From the NCBI GenBank assembly GCA_038147155.1, contig JAYQTA010000005.1, forward strand, positions 26,745-90,744: a stretch of 64,000 bases of DNA. The letters are read 5' to 3'. The notes below the pieces were generated by a model that made no database searches, had not been told where the DNA came from, and saw only the letters and a list, made by a program, of their open reading frames with translations. This document shows, piece after piece, positions 61,013 to 64,000 of the stretch. Origin of the DNA: Candidatus Australimonas brisbanensis (GTDB lineage Bacteria > Chloroflexota > Dehalococcoidia > Lucifugimonadales > Australimonadaceae). Within the stretch, counting starts at the first letter, position 1. Every line of letters starts with the position of its first letter. Made by a program: the position numbers and the translations under genes.

Positions 61013-61573
61013 CTATAGCGTCTTCTCGCTCACCCGACGCACGGCCTCCACGCCGTTCAGGTGCACCACTGTGGTGAGCTTCACCGCACCGCGCAGCGTG
61101 TTGTGGACGTAGCAGAAGGCCTCGGCCTCCTCGGCCAGCGCCGCCAGCTGCGCGGGGGTGACGGTGCCCTCGGTCTGGATCTCCTGGGCGATGTGCTCGA
61201 ACCCACCGCCCACGTCCCGGCGCGAGTCACCGCGGATCGTCGAGCCCGTGAAGCGCAGGTCCAGCCCCTCGGCGATGGCGATCTTGCGGTACTGGGTAAT
61301 CAGGCACGCTCCGGCCCCGGCCAGGAAGTGGGCCAGCGGGCCAGCGCCCGTGCCGTTGCCGCCGCGCGCCTCGGGCTCGTCGATGTTCATGCGCACACCC
61401 GGCTCGCGCGGGTTCTCCACTGTCATGGCAAGACCAGGGAGCAGGGTGAACTCCTGGCGATTCACGCCCCGGATGCGCTCCGGGTCGCGGAGGGCCCGGC
61501 GCTCCACCACACCCTCTCGAATGGTGTCCTCCTGCTGAGGGTCGAGCCGCTCTCCCGTGCGTTCGGTCGCCAT
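61013..61573 (-). CDS. OsmC/Ohr family protein
   Basis: GPLAHFLAGAGACLITQY and AFCYVHNTL, the two conserved-Cys segments of the OsmC fold. Confidence 0.75.
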   Translation of the reverse strand: MATERTGERLDPQQEDTIREGVVERRALRDPERIRGVNRQEFTLLPGLAMTVENPREPGVRMNIDEPEARGGNGTGAGPLAHFLAGAGACLITQYRKIAIAEGLDLRFTGSTIRGDSRRDVGGGFEHIAQEIQTEGTVTPAQLAALAEEAEAFCYVHNTLRGAVKLTTVVHLNGVEAVRRVSEKTL

Positions 61574-61660
61574 GTCTGCCTCCTCGTACGTGCCGCACCG
61601 GCCTTTGCCCGCATCCTACCAGCCTCTGATGCGCCTTCCCGCGGGCACGATGCGTGCGCG

Positions 61661-61689
61661 TTGACAGCCCCCCGCCCCTGCGCTAGCGT
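61661..61689 (+). promoter_or_regulatory. putative promoter TTGACA-N17-TAGCGT for the amidohydrolase/SDR genes
   Basis: Hexamers at 61661-61666 and 61684-61689. Confidence 0.4.
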
Positions 61690-61729
61690 CCGCGCATCCG
61701 GGGCAGGAGCCCCCAGCGGAGGTGCGCCG

Positions 61730-62884
61730 ATGGTCATCGCATGGGACGCCGACGGGCACGTGGACGAATGGGAGGGCACGTTCGCCGACGCGTACCTCGA
61801 ACCCAAGTTCCGGGACAAGCGCCCCACGGTGGTGAACGCCGACGATGCGGGCACCTACTTCACCTGGGAGATTCCGGGGCGCGGGAGATTCCGCGTCGGC
61901 TCCTCCCCCTCTTCCAAGGGGGATCGCAACGCCCAAGAGAACGAGCGCCTGGCCGACTGGCGCGGGAGCATGGAGAGCGGTGAGTTCCGCTCCGCCGCGG
62001 CGCGCGCCAAGGTGCTGGACGCCGAGGAGACGGGGGTGCAGGTGAACTACCCCACCCTGCTGCTGGCCCACCCGCTCACGCCCGACACGGCGCTGAACCA
62101 GGCGCTCACCCGCGCCTACAACAACTGGATCGCCGACATCTCCCATCAAGACCCTGAGCGCTTCAAGTGGGTGACGGTCATCGACCCCACGGACCCGGCG
62201 GAGGCGGCCCGCGAGATTGAGCGCACCAAGGCCATGGGCTCGGTGGGGGTGATGGTGGCGGGCACCTACGGCTCGCGCGCCATCGCCGACCCGTTCTTCG
62301 AGCCCATCTGGGCCGCCGCCCAGGAGACCGGCCTGCCCCTGGCGGTACACCCCTGCTTCGGCTCCCAGGGCCTGGCGGACGAGTACGCCGCGTACGGAGC
62401 GAACCAGTTCCACCTGTCCGTCCTCATCGGGTTCCGCTCGGTGCTCTCCTCCAACGTGCTGGACCGATTCCCCGGCGTGCGCGTGGGCTTCCTGGAGACG
62501 GGCTGCACCTGGCTCGACTTCGCCGCCGAGCAGGTGGACCTGCTAGTCCACGACGCCCGGTTCCGGGACGAGCGCGGGGCTGCGCGCGCCGAGCACAAGG
62601 CGCGCATCGCCAAAGGGCTGCCCGAGGGGAGCGTGGAGGACTACATCAAGGCCGGGCGCGTGTTCGTGGGCTTCGAGGTGGACGAGGAGATGGTGCCCTA
62701 CGTGCTGGACCGGTGGGGTGAGGACTGCTGGGTCTACGCCTCGGACATCCCGCACGGGCACCGCATCCTCTCGGCCCCACAGCAGTTCATGAACCGCACG
62801 GACGTTTCGGCCCAGGCCAAGCGCAAGCTGCTCATCGACAACACCGCCCGCTTCTACGGCATGCCCGTCCCGGCCGCCGTCTAG
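61730..62884 (+). CDS. amidohydrolase_2 (ACMSD/LigW/gamma-resorcylate decarboxylase-type metal-dependent hydrolase/decarboxylase) family protein
   Basis: IAWDADGHVDE (HxD/H metal motif region), LPLAVHP, FLETGCTWL and YASDIPHG motifs. Start at ATG 61730 with GGAGG. The upstream part of ORF 61061..62884 lies antisense to osmC. Confidence 0.75.
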   Translation: MVIAWDADGHVDEWEGTFADAYLEPKFRDKRPTVVNADDAGTYFTWEIPGRGRFRVGSSPSSKGDRNAQENERLADWRGSMESGEFRSAAARAKVLDAEETGVQVNYPTLLLAHPLTPDTALNQALTRAYNNWIADISHQDPERFKWVTVIDPTDPAEAAREIERTKAMGSVGVMVAGTYGSRAIADPFFEPIWAAAQETGLPLAVHPCFGSQGLADEYAAYGANQFHLSVLIGFRSVLSSNVLDRFPGVRVGFLETGCTWLDFAAEQVDLLVHDARFRDERGAARAEHKARIAKGLPEGSVEDYIKAGRVFVGFEVDEEMVPYVLDRWGEDCWVYASDIPHGHRILSAPQQFMNRTDVSAQAKRKLLIDNTARFYGMPVPAAV

Positions 62885-62916
62885 CACACCCGCGCTCTGC
62901 GCGCTCAGGAGGCCCC

Positions 62917-63666
62917 ATGCGGCTCAAGGACCAGGTCATCATCATCACCGGCGCCGCCCGCCACCTGGGGCAGGCCTACGCCGTGCGCTTCGCCCAGGAG
63001 GGGGCACGCCTGGCCATCGCCGACGTGGGCGACTGCACCGAGACGGCGAAGGCGTGCGCGGCTGCGGGGGCCGAGGTGCTGGTGCAGCGCACCGACGTGA
63101 CCAGCCAGGAGCAGACCGAGGCACTGGCCAGGGCCACGGTGGAGCGGTTCGGGCGCATCGATGGGCTGCTGAACAACGCCGGACTGATGACCCAGATCAC
63201 CGGCCCCGCCTTCATGGACGTGGACCCGGCCTGGTGGGACAAGGTGCACGCCGTCAACGTGAAGGGCACCTACCTGATGACCCGCGCCGTCTTCCCCTTC
63301 ATGCGTGACCAACGCTCCGGGAAGATCGTGAACATCGGCTCGACCACGATGCTGCGCACCTCGAACACGCCCACGTCATCGGCCCCGCACTACGTCTCCT
63401 CCAAGGGCGCGGTGATGGCCTTCACCCGCTCGGTGTGCCGCGAGTTCGGTCAGTACAACATCAACATCAACACGCTGGCCCCCGGCGGAACCGACCAGGA
63501 GGTGGGCCGCCCGGCGGACAGGGCCACGCCAGAGGAGGGGCGCGCCTTCGGCCGCAGGGGCGTGCCGGAGGACCTGACCGGCACCGCCGTGTTCCTCTTC
63601 TCCAAGGACGCCGACTTCATCACCGGCCAGCTCATCGCGGTGAACGGGGGCAAGGAGACGGTCTAG
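62917..63666 (+). CDS. SDR family oxidoreductase
   Basis: Motifs IITGAARHLG, NNAG and YVSSKGAV. SD AGGAGG. Confidence 0.85.
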   Translation: MRLKDQVIIITGAARHLGQAYAVRFAQEGARLAIADVGDCTETAKACAAAGAEVLVQRTDVTSQEQTEALARATVERFGRIDGLLNNAGLMTQITGPAFMDVDPAWWDKVHAVNVKGTYLMTRAVFPFMRDQRSGKIVNIGSTTMLRTSNTPTSSAPHYVSSKGAVMAFTRSVCREFGQYNININTLAPGGTDQEVGRPADRATPEEGRAFGRRGVPEDLTGTAVFLFSKDADFITGQLIAVNGGKETV

Positions 63667-63688
63667 CCCCCTAACCCAGGCAGACGCA

Positions 63689-63720
63689 AGAGGCCCCCGG
63701 CGTGTGCGCCGGGGGCCTCT
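63689..63720. terminator. bidirectional GC-rich hairpin between convergent genes
   Basis: AGAGGCCCCCGGCG-TGTG-CGCCGGGGGCCTCT, flanked by TTGCG on both strands. Confidence 0.6.
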
Positions 63721-63745
63721 TTGCGCCTACGCGCGAACGCGGGGC

Positions 63746-64000
63746 CTAGGCCTTGGCGCTCATGTGCTCCTCGATACGGCGCATCAGGTCGTTGATCTGC
63801 GGGATCGTCGACCCGTACCGGTCGCCGTCATCGAGGTAGAGACCCTTGTGGTAGTTGTTGCGGAAGTTGCCCGCCGTCGTCGCCTCCTGGCCCTTGCCCA
63901 ATCGCTCCTCCCACGCACCGCCGTGGATCAGGTCCGGCATGGCCTTGGGGTCGCGGAAGATGTTCATGGGCTCACCGCCGTCCTCGACGATGCGCATCTG
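63746..64000 (-). CDS. Rieske oxygenase paralog 3, C-terminal part only (gene runs off right edge)
   Basis: RIVEDGGEPMNIFRDPKA aligns with LVEDGADPMNTFRDPAE (paralog 2) and VADGGEPMNVFRDPAE (paralog 1). Confidence 0.65.
   Translation of the reverse strand, partial: QMRIVEDGGEPMNIFRDPKAMPDLIHGGAWEERLGKGQEATTAGNFRNNYHKGLYLDDGDRYGSTIPQINDLMRRIEEHMSAKA

Noticed and set aside
1-64000. CRISPR arrays, transposases, integrases, prophage or toxin-antitoxin/defence genes
   Set aside because: Read-through of both strands found no spaced direct-repeat arrays. No ORF carries DDE/tyrosine-recombinase/phage structural motifs. The only hint of mobility is the cysN remnant beside tRNA-Arg.

Overview
This is a very GC-rich bacterial chromosomal window: third codon positions are almost all G/C, many long antisense ORFs are spurious, promoters fit TTGACR-N17/18-TAnnnT, and lipoproteins carry Thr/Pro-rich linkers. 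The gene content suggests a Chloroflexota/Thermomicrobia-type or similar high-GC lineage, but the sequence alone cannot prove that.

Layout:
- (1) 1-16.3 kb, all minus strand. A translationally coupled surface-glycan super-cluster. It holds a pseudaminic/legionaminic-acid-like nonulosonic acid pathway (PseB, PseC, PseG, PseI-like, a cytidylyltransferase::class-III aminotransferase fusion, two formyltransferase-fold proteins, a PIG-L deacetylase, a Gfo/Idh/MocA oxidoreductase). It also holds an ABC exporter, two nucleotide-sugar dehydrogenases and two epimerases.
- (2) 16.4-24.7 kb. A frameshifted cation/H+ antiporter and a CBS protein. These are followed by an aromatic-catabolism-like island: two paralogous Rieske oxygenases, an LLM oxidoreductase, a LigB-type extradiol dioxygenase and an orphan TctC-type lipoprotein. 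The island also contains a UBP zinc-finger gene with three in-frame stops.
- (3) 24.7-27.7 kb. A sulfur-uptake operon (YeeE, two TusA-like proteins, an exported rhodanese lipoprotein). It is preceded by an unannotated, apparently leaderless 21-codon ORF with 7 Cys codons plus an intrinsic terminator. I read this as a cysteine-sensing attenuator, and it is the most interesting signal in the window.
- (4) 27.8-38.2 kb. A decayed saccharopine-dehydrogenase-like gene, tRNA-Ala, YitJ-type MetH-domain/MTHFR fusion, lactate permease, a triple-repeat lipoprotein with an ECF sigma/anti-sigma pair, an aminotransferase and a methyltransferase.
- (5) 38.4-48.7 kb. A minimal division cluster, mraZ-rsmH-ftsA-ftsZ, with no mur/ftsW/ftsI/ftsQ genes. 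Then nrdR, pdxA, proC, yggT, DUF167, degV and pepA.
- (6) 48.7-53.1 kb. tRNA-His, an unusual tRNA-Arg, a cysN 3' remnant, MscS, PAC2 and MFS.
- (7) 53.3-64 kb. TctC-TctA-TctB transporter, two tandem UbiD-family paralogs, UbiX and a small split-barrel-like protein. Then OsmC, an amidohydrolase_2 protein, an SDR and a third Rieske paralog cut by the window edge.

I saw no CRISPR array, transposase, integrase or phage genes. Several genes are broken by homopolymer frameshifts or nonsense codons.
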